From a virus (lineage: Duplodnaviria > Caudoviricetes): DNA of 26,822 bases. Positions 8,839 to 17,445 of this stretch are shown here, one piece after another. Where the stretch lies: positions 1-26,822 of the IMG/VR virus record IMGVR_UViG_3300035532_000270; one strand, 5' to 3'. The position numbers and the translations under genes are program-made. The stretch's first letter is position 1, and every line of letters starts with the position of its first letter. The notes beneath the pieces are model-generated. The model was not told the DNA's origin. It saw nothing but the letters and a program-made list of their open reading frames with translations, and ran no database searches.

Positions 8839-9315
8839 TTCTTTCTCCTCTGTTTGGGTTTCTTCCCGGTTCAGGGCGGTGAGGTGCAGATTGGGCTGGT
8901 TGGTCAGCCCGGCGGAAGTCAGCCGAAGGATACGGCGGTCATGCCGGGTAAACACAAAAACAGGGGAGAGATACCGGTACCGCTTGTTAACGACATCATC
9001 CTCCCCCTTATCCGTCCATTCAATGCGGCCCCAGATGGCCCCGTCCCGGAGTTCCATAGCCTTTATCCACCCGGCAGCCGGTGCAGGCTCCCCCTTGGGG
9101 GCCTTCTTTTCCGTGGCATGCTCCCAGTCAATGGGCAGGTCCGCGTCATCTTCGTGGAAGACAGCCACCACCGTTTCAGGGGTGGGGTTGATCCACTTGC
9201 GGCCGTCCCGGCCGGCAACGATTTCGCCGGCCGGGATGAGTTCCACCCATTCGGGCAGGCTGCCGTCATCGGGCAGCCGGATGTTCAGGGCAAGTTTTAA
9301 AGTCTGCTTTTCCAT
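8332..9315 (-). CDS. Mu-like prohead protease gpI (with C-terminal scaffold region)
   Basis: LPIDWEHAT, APAAGWI, IEWT..G.......YRYLSPVF, AGLTNQPNL motifs. Confidence 0.93.
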   Translation of the reverse strand: MEKQTLKLALNIRLPDDGSLPEWVELIPAGEIVAGRDGRKWINPTPETVVAVFHEDDADLPIDWEHATEKKAPKGEPAPAAGWIKAMELRDGAIWGRIEWTDKGEDDVVNKRYRYLSPVFVFTRHDRRILRLTSAGLTNQPNLHLTALNREETQTEEKEMDLLKAICQALGLADGTTDEQALAKVSALKGDLATAQNRADTPDLAKFVPRSDYDAALDRASNAEQRLADHEAQALDAEIETAINQALEAGTITPASKEYHKAQCRTEGGLERFKAYVESAPALGQDTDLEEKDLNQKQGSLSEEDKAVCRRLDIPEDEYLKTKKEVS

Positions 9316-9366
9316 GGAGGAGAAGATAATCCGTAAAGGAAGACAGGGGGATTTTAAGCGTTTGAA
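9316..9366 (-). promoter_or_regulatory. Putative late promoter (PI-like) with Mor/C activator site
   Basis: TTCAAACGCTTAAAA (9366-9352), 23 nt, TATCTT -10 candidate, 7 nt, ATG; the same 15-mer lies upstream of the lysis operon. Confidence 0.7.
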
Positions 9367-9517
9367 AAGAAATATTCAGGGAAGATGAGAAAAGCCGGGA
9401 GAGGTAGGAGGGAAAATTTCGGTCAGAATGGGGTGAAATTAGCGTTTAAGGGCCTTAAAAGGGATTAAGTATATAATAAAGCATGCCTGATGCCAAACAG
9501 CCCAATACGGCCCGGTT

Positions 9518-10321
9518 TTATCCCCCTTGACCCCATACTTGCTTTGCCGCGGCTTTGTCTGCCGGGTGAACCCTGGACAATTTGTCATCCAGGAGCCTGT
9601 CAAGATGCCGGTCCCGGCCCATGCCGGGATTATAATCCCAGCCCGGATCAATGCCCTGGGCCACATAAACGGTGTCTCCGGTCCGTTTGTTTTTCCATTT
9701 ATGCATCCGGATGACCGGGGCCTCACTGACACCGCCCAGGCGGTCGGCTTCCCGCTGGGAGATTTGCCGGACCCGGCACTTGCATCCCCATCCGTTGGGC
9801 GGGAAATGGGTTTTCCAGAAATCATGATCCACGGGCAGGATAAGCCCGGCCCAGGACAAATGTAAATCACGGTGGACCCGGGACGGCCCAACGGAATAAA
9901 CCAGATAGGGCCGGTATTTCTTGGTCCGCTGAGCACGCTCCCACTGCCCGGCGGCCCGGGCCGTTCTCATATTGGTCCGGTAAATTGTTTTCAGCCGCCG
10001 GGGGGAGCCCAGCTGGGCTGTGACGGTTTCACCGGTAACCGGATCCACCATATCCTTTTTGCCCCACCAGCCCTTTTTTTGCAGCAGCGGGCTAAGCTGT
10101 TTTTTGAACTGGGCAAAGGTCTCACCATCGGCCAGGGCCTGGTCAACCGCCTCCCGGATATCCCGGAGCAGGTCCAGCTCGGTGACCTTGGCAACGGTAA
10201 AGGCATTGGCATGCTCGGCCTGCCATACATCCCGCCAGTCAAATCCGATTTCCCAGCCCTTGGCCCTGAAAAAGTCCAGTGCTTCCCTGGGCACCGGTCC
10301 GGGATGGTATCCGTCAGCCAT
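9518..10321 (-). CDS. Mu gpF/gp30-like head morphogenesis protein
   Basis: EHANAFTVAK, LGSPRRLKTIYRTN, FW.THFPPNGWGCKCRV, GIDPGWDYNPG. Start moved from 10366 to ATG 10321, overlapping the portal end. Confidence 0.9.
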   Translation of the reverse strand: MADGYHPGPVPREALDFFRAKGWEIGFDWRDVWQAEHANAFTVAKVTELDLLRDIREAVDQALADGETFAQFKKQLSPLLQKKGWWGKKDMVDPVTGETVTAQLGSPRRLKTIYRTNMRTARAAGQWERAQRTKKYRPYLVYSVGPSRVHRDLHLSWAGLILPVDHDFWKTHFPPNGWGCKCRVRQISQREADRLGGVSEAPVIRMHKWKNKRTGDTVYVAQGIDPGWDYNPGMGRDRHLDRLLDDKLSRVHPADKAAAKQVWGQGG

Positions 10322-11858
10322 CGGTTGCATCCCCCATACCACGGGCCTTAAACGTCGCCCGGGCAAGTTTGTTGATCAGCTCATCCGGATTCATCTCCTC
10401 CAGGAGCCGGGGCAGTTCGGCCAGAAATTCCTCAAAGGATTCTGCCTGCCCGGCCAGGGCCAGCACCGGATTGACAATGGGCGCCATCACCGGCTCCCAC
10501 TCTTCGGCCTCTGCATCGGCCATCTCTTCCAGCATATCCGCTTCGGGCCTGCTCCGGTTCATGGCCGTAGCCGTCCGGTGGTTCTCCGCCACGGCAGGGA
10601 CCGGGGCCGGGGCTGGGGCTTCCAGCAATTCCTCCCCCTCTTTGGGCTCCGGGATATTGAACTTTTTCCTGGCCCAGGATGCGGACGCTTTAACGCCCAG
10701 GGGGACTAATTTCTCAAGGGCCTCGGACAGGGCCTTCAAATCCTCGGGTTCCGGTACCGGGAACAGGACCCGGGGATATTTCTCCCGCTTCCCGTAATTT
10801 ATATCCACATAAGGCTTGACCATGTCCCGGTTGACGGTGGTGGCCAGGGCCTTGGCATCGGCCTTTTTAATGTCCTGCCTCACTTCCTCCTGGGCGTCGT
10901 CACCGCCCAGTTTGCCGGGGGTGCCCTCGGTGCTGGCCACCTGGCCCAGGACCGCTTTGGAGACCTGCCGGTCCAGCCATTCGGCCAGGCCCCGGAACAG
11001 CTTTTCACCCCCTGCGGACTTGGCGGCTTCCACAAATTCAATGCGCATATTATCCGGCAGCACGGCAGCGGCATCCGTGCCGATATTGGCAACGGCCTTG
11101 ATCAGGGTTTCAATGTCTTTTTTCAACGCCCCGGGCTTGTGGCGGCCGATACGCAGGGGCAGCCCAAAGATTTCGGCAAAGGCCATCCAGTCTTTGAGGG
11201 TGAATGATTTGCACATATAAGAGGCGGCTGCCAGCCGGGCCAGCCCGCCCCGGATGGGAATGCCGGATTTCAATTTAGGCAGATGGACAATAAACTTGTA
11301 AGGCGGCAGGGGCAGGCCTTGGGGATGGCTCTCATCCATCAGGCGCAGGGTGGTGCCGTCCTTGTCATCAAACTGGAAAAAACGGGGATCACGCCATTTA
11401 TATCCAGGGGTCCATACCGCTCCCCTGTCCCACATCATTTCAACGACGGAGTATCCCTTGCCCAGGGCATCCAGAAGCTCATCCACCGCTTCGCCAAATG
11501 CAGGCTTGCGGGTCTGTTCCCGGACGTCGGCGGCAATCTTCACATCTTCGGCATCTTCGGACGCCGCCTCCACCGTTACCTCAAGCCCGGATATGGTCCG
11601 TTTCCTGGTCCCCAGGACCGATGCGTAATGGGGCTCCCGCTCTTCCATCTCCTCTGCCAGGGTCAGATAATCCCAGGCGTTGCCCTGGTCCGCTTCCCTC
11701 AAAACAGCGGCCAGCCGCCGGGGTGTCAGGTGGCCGGCAACGGAATTGTATCCCCACACCGACCTGATCCCGGTAAGCGTGGGCGCAGCCACCTCCTCTT
11801 CAAGCTGCCGTCTGGGCAAAAGCCTGCCGTCCGGCCCGTAAAGCCGCACTTCCTTCAT
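10314..11858 (-). CDS. Portal protein (Mu gp29, DUF935)
   Basis: LAEEMEERE.HY.SVL.TRK, DALGKGYSVVE, KDWMAFAEIFGLPLRIG, SKAVLGQ. Confidence 0.93.
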   Translation of the reverse strand: MKEVRLYGPDGRLLPRRQLEEEVAAPTLTGIRSVWGYNSVAGHLTPRRLAAVLREADQGNAWDYLTLAEEMEEREPHYASVLGTRKRTISGLEVTVEAASEDAEDVKIAADVREQTRKPAFGEAVDELLDALGKGYSVVEMMWDRGAVWTPGYKWRDPRFFQFDDKDGTTLRLMDESHPQGLPLPPYKFIVHLPKLKSGIPIRGGLARLAAASYMCKSFTLKDWMAFAEIFGLPLRIGRHKPGALKKDIETLIKAVANIGTDAAAVLPDNMRIEFVEAAKSAGGEKLFRGLAEWLDRQVSKAVLGQVASTEGTPGKLGGDDAQEEVRQDIKKADAKALATTVNRDMVKPYVDINYGKREKYPRVLFPVPEPEDLKALSEALEKLVPLGVKASASWARKKFNIPEPKEGEELLEAPAPAPVPAVAENHRTATAMNRSRPEADMLEEMADAEAEEWEPVMAPIVNPVLALAGQAESFEEFLAELPRLLEEMNPDELINKLARATFKARGMGDATDG

Positions 11859-13501
11859 AAAACACCTCCTCTGGATCTAAAGCCCGCCGTAATGCTCACC
11901 GGCCGGTCAATGGGATCATCATCTTCGGATACGACATGCTTAACCGGGATATAGCCAAAGGACTCCACATCGCTCCTGGAGGCAAAGTGGCCCAGGGCCG
12001 CGGAAATGGCAGCATCCCCATGGCGTTTGAGTTTTGAATCTTTCGTATCCGCCTGCCTGAGCTTGGGCAGTTTGACCACACCGTCGATGCGCTCCAGCGC
12101 CCGGATATCGTTCTTTACGTCGGCATCCCGGGGCAGGTCTATGGTTCCGTCTTCAAAGGCCTGGACAAAGGGTTCCATGTTTTCCCGGAACCAGGCATCA
12201 TTGAATTTCACCATGAAAATACGGTCATAGCCGAATTCATCGGCCGTGTATTCCGCAATGGTAAAGCCGTTGCCCGTGGCGTCCATGGCCCCGCAACGGA
12301 ACCGGGGCAGGCAGCGGATGATATGGAAAATAATTTGCTGCTGGTGCCGGGTGGGCACGTTGTGCATCTCCAGCATCCAGGGCACCTTCCGGGTCAGGTT
12401 CTGCTCAATGGCCATGGGGCCGAAGGATGCAAAATCGCAGTACCGGGAATAATCCGAACCGAATACATGCTCAAGCTCCGGATTAAGCAGCGCAAACAGC
12501 GGATCGATATGGATGCGGATAAATTCTTCAATCCAGGAATCACGCGCTTCAAGGCTCTGCAAAAGGAAGTCGTCTTCCATGGCCAGGCGGACAATGGGCC
12601 GTTCCTCCGTCATGCATTTTTCCACCAGAACCCCCGGGATGGCCACGCCGGATCCTTCCCTGGGAATGGCGTCCAGCTCCTCCAGCATGGCCGCTTTACG
12701 GGTGCCGTAGCCCTTGCGGACCTTTTCGTACCACTCCCGTTTGCCCTGGAGGGTGGGTCTCCACCCTTTGATCATGCAGACCCGCTCGTAAAGGCCGTTG
12801 GCAACGGCATCGTCAAAGGTCACATGAAACACCTTAAAGGCATAGAGCCCGGCCCGGGAATCAAGGATCAACTGGTTAAAGGGATTTTTAACCCCGTTAT
12901 GGGTGGAGATGATACGGATCTTGCCGCCCCAGATCACCAGGGCCAGGCAGGCCTCGATCACCGCGCCGACGTCCTTATGAAAGGCTGCCTCATCAATGTT
13001 CACAATGCCCTGAAGACCACGGATATTGGCCGGGTTGCTGGACAGGGCAACGATGTGGAACCCCGAGGCAAACCGGATCCGGTAGGAGGTGATCTGCCGG
13101 GTATTGCCCTCCTTGTCCTGGTCTTCAAAAAGAAAGACCTCAATACCGGCCCACCCTTTGGCCATGGAAGCGGCCATGACCTTTGCCATATGGGCACAAT
13201 ATCCGATAAACTCAAGGCCCTTATCCTTGGTATCGCCCACGTAATAGACATGATCCCCGCCGGCTGTCCGGCTACTGGATGCCGTGATAGTATCGTCCAG
13301 GGCCGTGGCATAGGTGATGCCGGTACGGCGGCCTTTCTCTACAATATTCAGATCCGCTTCATGGATCTGCTTGCACCATTCCACCTGGTGTTTCATCAAA
13401 AGGCCGTCGGCAATGGGGTTCTTATCCTTGGGCAGTTCCCGGACACTGGCAGGCAGTTCCTCCCAGTCCAGGATTCTTATGACATCGCCGGAAACGCTCA
13501 T
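11855..13501 (-). CDS. Terminase large subunit (Mu gp28-like)
   Basis: Walker A EKGRRTGIT, ALSSNPANIRGLQG...IDEAAF Walker B, IISTHNG..NPFN, DATGNG and HGDAA nuclease motifs. Confidence 0.93.
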   Translation of the reverse strand: MSVSGDVIRILDWEELPASVRELPKDKNPIADGLLMKHQVEWCKQIHEADLNIVEKGRRTGITYATALDDTITASSSRTAGGDHVYYVGDTKDKGLEFIGYCAHMAKVMAASMAKGWAGIEVFLFEDQDKEGNTRQITSYRIRFASGFHIVALSSNPANIRGLQGIVNIDEAAFHKDVGAVIEACLALVIWGGKIRIISTHNGVKNPFNQLILDSRAGLYAFKVFHVTFDDAVANGLYERVCMIKGWRPTLQGKREWYEKVRKGYGTRKAAMLEELDAIPREGSGVAIPGVLVEKCMTEERPIVRLAMEDDFLLQSLEARDSWIEEFIRIHIDPLFALLNPELEHVFGSDYSRYCDFASFGPMAIEQNLTRKVPWMLEMHNVPTRHQQQIIFHIIRCLPRFRCGAMDATGNGFTIAEYTADEFGYDRIFMVKFNDAWFRENMEPFVQAFEDGTIDLPRDADVKNDIRALERIDGVVKLPKLRQADTKDSKLKRHGDAAISAALGHFASRSDVESFGYIPVKHVVSEDDDPIDRPVSITAGFRSRGGVL

Positions 13502-14055
13502 TTAATCCCCAGGATCTTTTCGCGCCAGAGCTGGGCCTGTTCTTCGGTCAATCCGGTTTGAATCGCACTCTCTTCAACAGTCTCCGCAGCCTGTTCAAGC
13601 ACCTGGCGTCTGAGCTGTTCCTCCCGCTCCAGGCTGATCTTACTGGCCCGCTCAATGCGCTGGGCGATCAGGGCCACCTTATTCAGGGTATCCACGTCCA
13701 GTTCCCCGCCGTTGAGCACCAGATCAAAGGACAATGTCTTCACCATCTCCGTGACGGCCCGGCCCAGATCCGTGCCTTTATGCTCGCCTAGGCCGCCCAC
13801 CAATGCATCCGCCGCCTCCCGGGCCTCCCGCATCATGGAGCCCTTTTCTTCCACCTGTATGGAGTACCGGTTAAAAGCGCTTTTGGAGACGGGATCATGC
13901 CCCCGTTTTGCAAGCTCGGGATTGATCTCATCCAGAATCTGCTTCTGGGTCTTGGTCCGGCCCCTTAAATCAGCATTGACCTGCACCCGGATATCCTCCG
14001 GCAACAGGTCAATGGTGGAGAGCCGGCCTCTGCCCGGCCTCTTTTTCTTTTCCAT
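13498..14055 (-). CDS. Terminase small subunit (Mu gp27, DUF3486)
   Basis: GR.STIDLLP..I, VSKSAFNRY; position upstream of TerL. Confidence 0.88.
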   Translation of the reverse strand: MEKKKRPGRGRLSTIDLLPEDIRVQVNADLRGRTKTQKQILDEINPELAKRGHDPVSKSAFNRYSIQVEEKGSMMREAREAADALVGGLGEHKGTDLGRAVTEMVKTLSFDLVLNGGELDVDTLNKVALIAQRIERASKISLEREEQLRRQVLEQAAETVEESAIQTGLTEEQAQLWREKILGIK

Positions 14056-14057
14056 GG

Positions 14058-14357
14058 CTACCGCCTCCTGGCAGAAGGCCGCTTGATGCCCGGCACCGTG
14101 ACCCGGCCCCGGGCCGCATCGCCCCCTCGCTCGGTCAGCTCGGCAATAATGATCTTGGGATCATCATCATAGGCCACCAGCCCCTGTTCCTTTAACCAGG
14201 CCAGCTGGGTGCGGACCTTGTCCCTGGACGGGGTAAACCCGTAATCTTCGGTCAGATCCGTGATCAAAGATTCGTTCAGGGTGTAATCTGGATCTTCCAG
14301 CAACAGCCGCAGAATGGTAATCCGCAGGTGTTCCTGCAATGTCTGTTCAAAGCTCAT
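14058..14357 (-). CDS. Mu gp26-like winged-helix protein
   Basis: R..ILRLL...Y..NES, SRDKVRTQLAWLKEQGLV, LTERG.D.A.GR..VPGIKRP. Confidence 0.85.
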   Translation of the reverse strand: MSFEQTLQEHLRITILRLLLEDPDYTLNESLITDLTEDYGFTPSRDKVRTQLAWLKEQGLVAYDDDPKIIIAELTERGGDAARGRVTVPGIKRPSARRR

Positions 14358-14686
14358 CGGCCTTCTCCGTTCTTCATGAGATATTCCTGTATCCGGTCCA
14401 CAGCGCGCTCAATTCCCTTGACTGATCCGCTCATTTCTGAGACCTGGTCGGACACTTCGTTTATCCGGTCATACACCTTGCCAAGCTCTTGAAACGTGAT
14501 GGTGCCGGTCTCAAGCTTGACCACCCGGGTTTCGATTTTGCCCACATCCTGCCGGGTCCGGGCCAGGTCACCGGCCTGGGCCTTTTGCCGATTGGACATC
14601 CAGGTATAGATCCATAAGGCAACCGCAATGGCGTACTGTCCCACGCCAAACCAGAAATGCCATGCCTTGTAATCAATCATTTGCAT
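14354..14686 (-). CDS. Mu gp25-like membrane-anchored coiled-coil protein (DUF2730-like)
   Basis: N-terminal TM followed by coiled coil; start moved to ATG 14686 (GAAGGG upstream) or 14680. Confidence 0.7.
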   Translation of the reverse strand: MQMIDYKAWHFWFGVGQYAIAVALWIYTWMSNRQKAQAGDLARTRQDVGKIETRVVKLETGTITFQELGKVYDRINEVSDQVSEMSGSVKGIERAVDRIQEYLMKNGEGR

Positions 14687-14885
14687 GGTTCCCTTCGTAT
14701 TCCATCTGGCAGGCCACGCACCGCTTGTAGCCCGGCATCGCCTTGCGGCGCTTTTCCGGAATAGGTTCACCGCAATCCCGGCAATGGGTCAGGGACGGCC
14801 GGGTCACCCGGTGGGCAAGCACCCGGCCCACGGCCTGCTTCAAAAAGCGTTCGGCCTGGATATTGCCCTGGTCGCATTCGTCCAT
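14673..14885 (-). CDS. TraR/DksA C4-type zinc finger protein
   Basis: MDECD N-terminus and C..CGEPIPEKRR.A.PG...CVACQ. Confidence 0.9.
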   Translation of the reverse strand: MDECDQGNIQAERFLKQAVGRVLAHRVTRPSLTHCRDCGEPIPEKRRKAMPGYKRCVACQMEYEGNHAND

Positions 14886-15535
14886 CAAACGCCCGGAACC
14901 TTAAGTTTTTTGGCCATACCCTTGGCGGCCATACGGTCCCCGAACCACCAGGTGACAGAAGTCACCGTCAAATAAAAAATAATGCCCACGGCGTCGGATG
15001 TGATGCCGGTTGCCATCTTTGCAGTGATCTGGGACGGGTTGATTTTATCCAAAAGCTGCCAGGATTTAATGGTGATCCAGGTGCTGATCCCCAGCAGGTA
15101 AAAAGTGATCCCGGGCCGGGCAGACCCTTTGACCAGGTCAAGTGTTCCAAAAAAGAGCGCCAGCAAAATACCGGCAGGGACCGCCAGGTATCTCAGCCGT
15201 CCTTCAACGGCAAACAGTCTTTCCATGTAAGACGCATCAAAAAAATTAGCCTGAATAGATCCAAGGCTTTGGGTAAACGCTTCGGTCTCGGCCAGATCCA
15301 CGGCCCCGGACACCCGGGCTGAAACGACTTCGATCTGCGCCCTGGACTCGGCAATGGTTGCGTCTGATTCGGCTTTCACCATTGCCAGTTCATGGGACCG
15401 CCGTCCGGCTTTATCCTTGATCTCCAGCGCATACAATTTACGTTTATTGTGGCTGGACCAGATCGTACCGATCAGTCCGGTAATGCCGCCCAGCACCCCG
15501 CCTGTGGCAAGATTTGCCAATATTCCCTCAAGCAT
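14885..15535 (-). CDS. Putative holin-like membrane protein
   Basis: Several hydrophobic segments, RP..T and WWFGDR motifs as in 3TM GTA-type holins, basic C-terminus, next to the putative lysin. Confidence 0.6.
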   Translation of the reverse strand: MLEGILANLATGGVLGGITGLIGTIWSSHNKRKLYALEIKDKAGRRSHELAMVKAESDATIAESRAQIEVVSARVSGAVDLAETEAFTQSLGSIQANFFDASYMERLFAVEGRLRYLAVPAGILLALFFGTLDLVKGSARPGITFYLLGISTWITIKSWQLLDKINPSQITAKMATGITSDAVGIIFYLTVTSVTWWFGDRMAAKGMAKKLKVPGV

Positions 15536-15980
15536 GCTGCCTCCATTGTTCGATAATGGTTATACGGGCCTTTCTGCCCTTCATGATTGAATTAAACCGC
15601 CTCACCATAGGTCTTGATGCCAATATGGCCCGCTGGCCGTTTAAACAGCCGAATTTTGAGCCCAGCAGCACACAGCCCTGTACGTGGGTTTTCCAGCCTT
15701 TTGCCACATCCCCGGCATAATTGCCCGAATGAATCAGGATATAGGACCTGCCCGGAACGTTCCGGATGTGGAACGCTTTCCAGCGCCTGGACTCCCGCCA
15801 CGCAACCGGGTAGGTGCCCGGCGGGATACAGGAGACACAGGTCCTGTTATCCCGCCAGGGCAGTTCCAGGCAGGGGCAGTAAAATTGCAGACCGGGTGCG
15901 GACAGCCTTCCTTCCGTGCCCTGGTCAGATCTGCGCAGCCGGTGAATATAAAGCTCTATGGTGTCTGTGGTGTAGCTCAT
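15528..15980 (-). CDS. DUF5675-like protein, putative endolysin
   Basis: LELPWRDN....SCIP.G.Y, VPGRSYILIHSGN...GCVLLG (His/Cys motif); occupies the lysin slot. Confidence 0.75.
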   Translation of the reverse strand: MSYTTDTIELYIHRLRRSDQGTEGRLSAPGLQFYCPCLELPWRDNRTCVSCIPPGTYPVAWRESRRWKAFHIRNVPGRSYILIHSGNYAGDVAKGWKTHVQGCVLLGSKFGCLNGQRAILASRPMVRRFNSIMKGRKARITIIEQWRQHA

Positions 15981-16029
15981 GGCAGGATTATGCCGGCCAT
16001 GGGGTTCCGGTGGGTTTTAAGCGTTTGAA
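15981..16029 (-). promoter_or_regulatory. Putative late promoter (Plys-like) with Mor/C activator site
   Basis: TTCAAACGCTTAAAA (16029-16015), 22 nt, CATAAT, 6 nt, ATG. Confidence 0.72.
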
Positions 16030-16044
16030 TTAATGGGAGGAGGG

Positions 16045-16076
16045 AAAATAAAGGGCGGCTCAGGAAGAACCGCCCT
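16045..16076 (-). terminator. Rho-independent terminator ending cargo-island transcription
   Basis: Minus strand AGGGCGG-ttcttcctgag-CCGCCCT followed by TTATTTT. Confidence 0.8.
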
Positions 16077-16220
16077 GGATGGAATATGTTAAATAATCCT
16101 CACTGAATAGAAAGATATGAGCCTCAAGATGTTGTGTCCGGCATCGTTTTGCGAAAAGCAAGCGTTTATAGACAAAAGGCTCGCTTTTCTATTACTCAAA
16201 AGTTTTGATTTATTTGCGAT

Positions 16221-16272
16221 TTTTAATGATTCAAAATCACCGGCTTGTCCGTGTGCATTTTGATTGTTGAAT
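16221..16272 (-). other. Degenerate attC-like site 3
   Basis: Minus strand ATTCAAC-aatcaa-AATGCAC-acggacaagccg-GTGATT-ttgaatc-ATT; L box with one extrahelical base, R' GTT not intact. Confidence 0.6.
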
Positions 16273-16288
16273 TTTCATGCATTTATGC

Positions 16289-17311
16289 TCAAATATAGAT
16301 TTGATCTCCTTTTTCTTGTTCGATCCAATTATTAATAATTTTAAAAATATCATTAAATACAGGATTTGTTTTTAATTTGCTGCTATCATTTAAGTTTACT
16401 TTTGAATGTAACCGCGGTATTTGCCCGTCGAAGTCTGTTAAAATGTGCGTTCCACCAAAATCTTTAACATAATTTTTAATGAATTCAATTGAGTATTCTA
16501 AACTGCCTTTCTTATTTGGATTGAAAGTCGAATACGTGAACCTTAATGGGTCTAAAATCTGACTTGTTTCAAAAGTTGTCCACGCAACAACATTGGGATG
16601 TGTATTGTTTGTTCGTAATTTTATATTCAATGGTGAAGGAACATAAATAAACGCTTTAGGGAGATTGGGTGAGTTTGTTAATAAATCAATTGTTTCTTTA
16701 GACAAAAAGCTTCCAATAGCCCTTGGAATATTATTTAGAAAAGAATATTCATGGTTCAAAAATAATATCCCATCTAAGTCTTCAATCCATGGTGCACCGT
16801 CCCGATTTGTCTTTAAAAATTCAGAATAAACAGACTTAGAAACAATAATAGGGATGCCTGAATCTGAAAACCAGCTATCAGGACTGACAGCGCTTAATAA
16901 AGTACAGAAATTACCTTTCAACTGAGGTTTTAATCTAACACTTCCATATCCAGCATCTATTATTTTTCTTTTTCCTTCTAAACTCAAAACATCTACTTTT
17001 CCATCTGTTGTCGTAGCCACGACCTCTTTATATCCTTCAACAATTTGTTTTTTAATTTCTGGTCTCCATAATTTTCCAGGTAGCTTTGGAATATATTCTG
17101 AAAGATAAAAATTCTTTAATTTCACAATTTGACCCGGTGCAATTTTTTGGGGATTAAAAATACATTCCCAAAATTCTTTTGAGCTCTTCAATTTTACAGG
17201 ATTGGTTATTGTTTTTTTGATATTTAATTTTAAGTAATCGTAAACATTAAAATACCCAAAAGTGTCTTCTAATAATCTTGAAAAAAAGTATTTCTTTGTT
17301 TCATTAAGCAT
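16289..17311 (-). CDS. Hypothetical protein, cassette 3 (340 aa, AT-rich, apparently soluble)
   Basis: Long AT-rich ORF, SD AAAGGGG, flanked by attC-like sites; no family recognised. Confidence 0.8.
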   Translation of the reverse strand: MLNETKKYFFSRLLEDTFGYFNVYDYLKLNIKKTITNPVKLKSSKEFWECIFNPQKIAPGQIVKLKNFYLSEYIPKLPGKLWRPEIKKQIVEGYKEVVATTTDGKVDVLSLEGKRKIIDAGYGSVRLKPQLKGNFCTLLSAVSPDSWFSDSGIPIIVSKSVYSEFLKTNRDGAPWIEDLDGILFLNHEYSFLNNIPRAIGSFLSKETIDLLTNSPNLPKAFIYVPSPLNIKLRTNNTHPNVVAWTTFETSQILDPLRFTYSTFNPNKKGSLEYSIEFIKNYVKDFGGTHILTDFDGQIPRLHSKVNLNDSSKLKTNPVFNDIFKIINNWIEQEKGDQIYI

Positions 17312-17366
17312 ATTTCCCCTTTAAAGTTTCACGGCTCAATGAGTCGAAATATCGAAATATGGCCGG

Positions 17367-17443
17367 GGTGAACGTGCCCTTCACCAGCCGGGCGGCGAAC
17401 AATGGCACTATAGCTCGGTCCGAGTGCGAGGAGCTGGTTAGGC
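17367..17443 (-). other. attC-like recombination site 2 (77 bp)
   Basis: Minus strand GCCTAAC-cagctc-CTCGCAC-tcggaccgagc...gcccggctg-GTGAAG-ggcac-GTTCACC, starting 2 nt after the stop of the 146-aa gene. Confidence 0.82.
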
Positions 17444-17445
17444 CA

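Noticed and set aside
9439-9936. 165-aa minus-strand ORF overlapping gpF
   Set aside because: Alternate frame of a well-supported gene, with no recognisable features.
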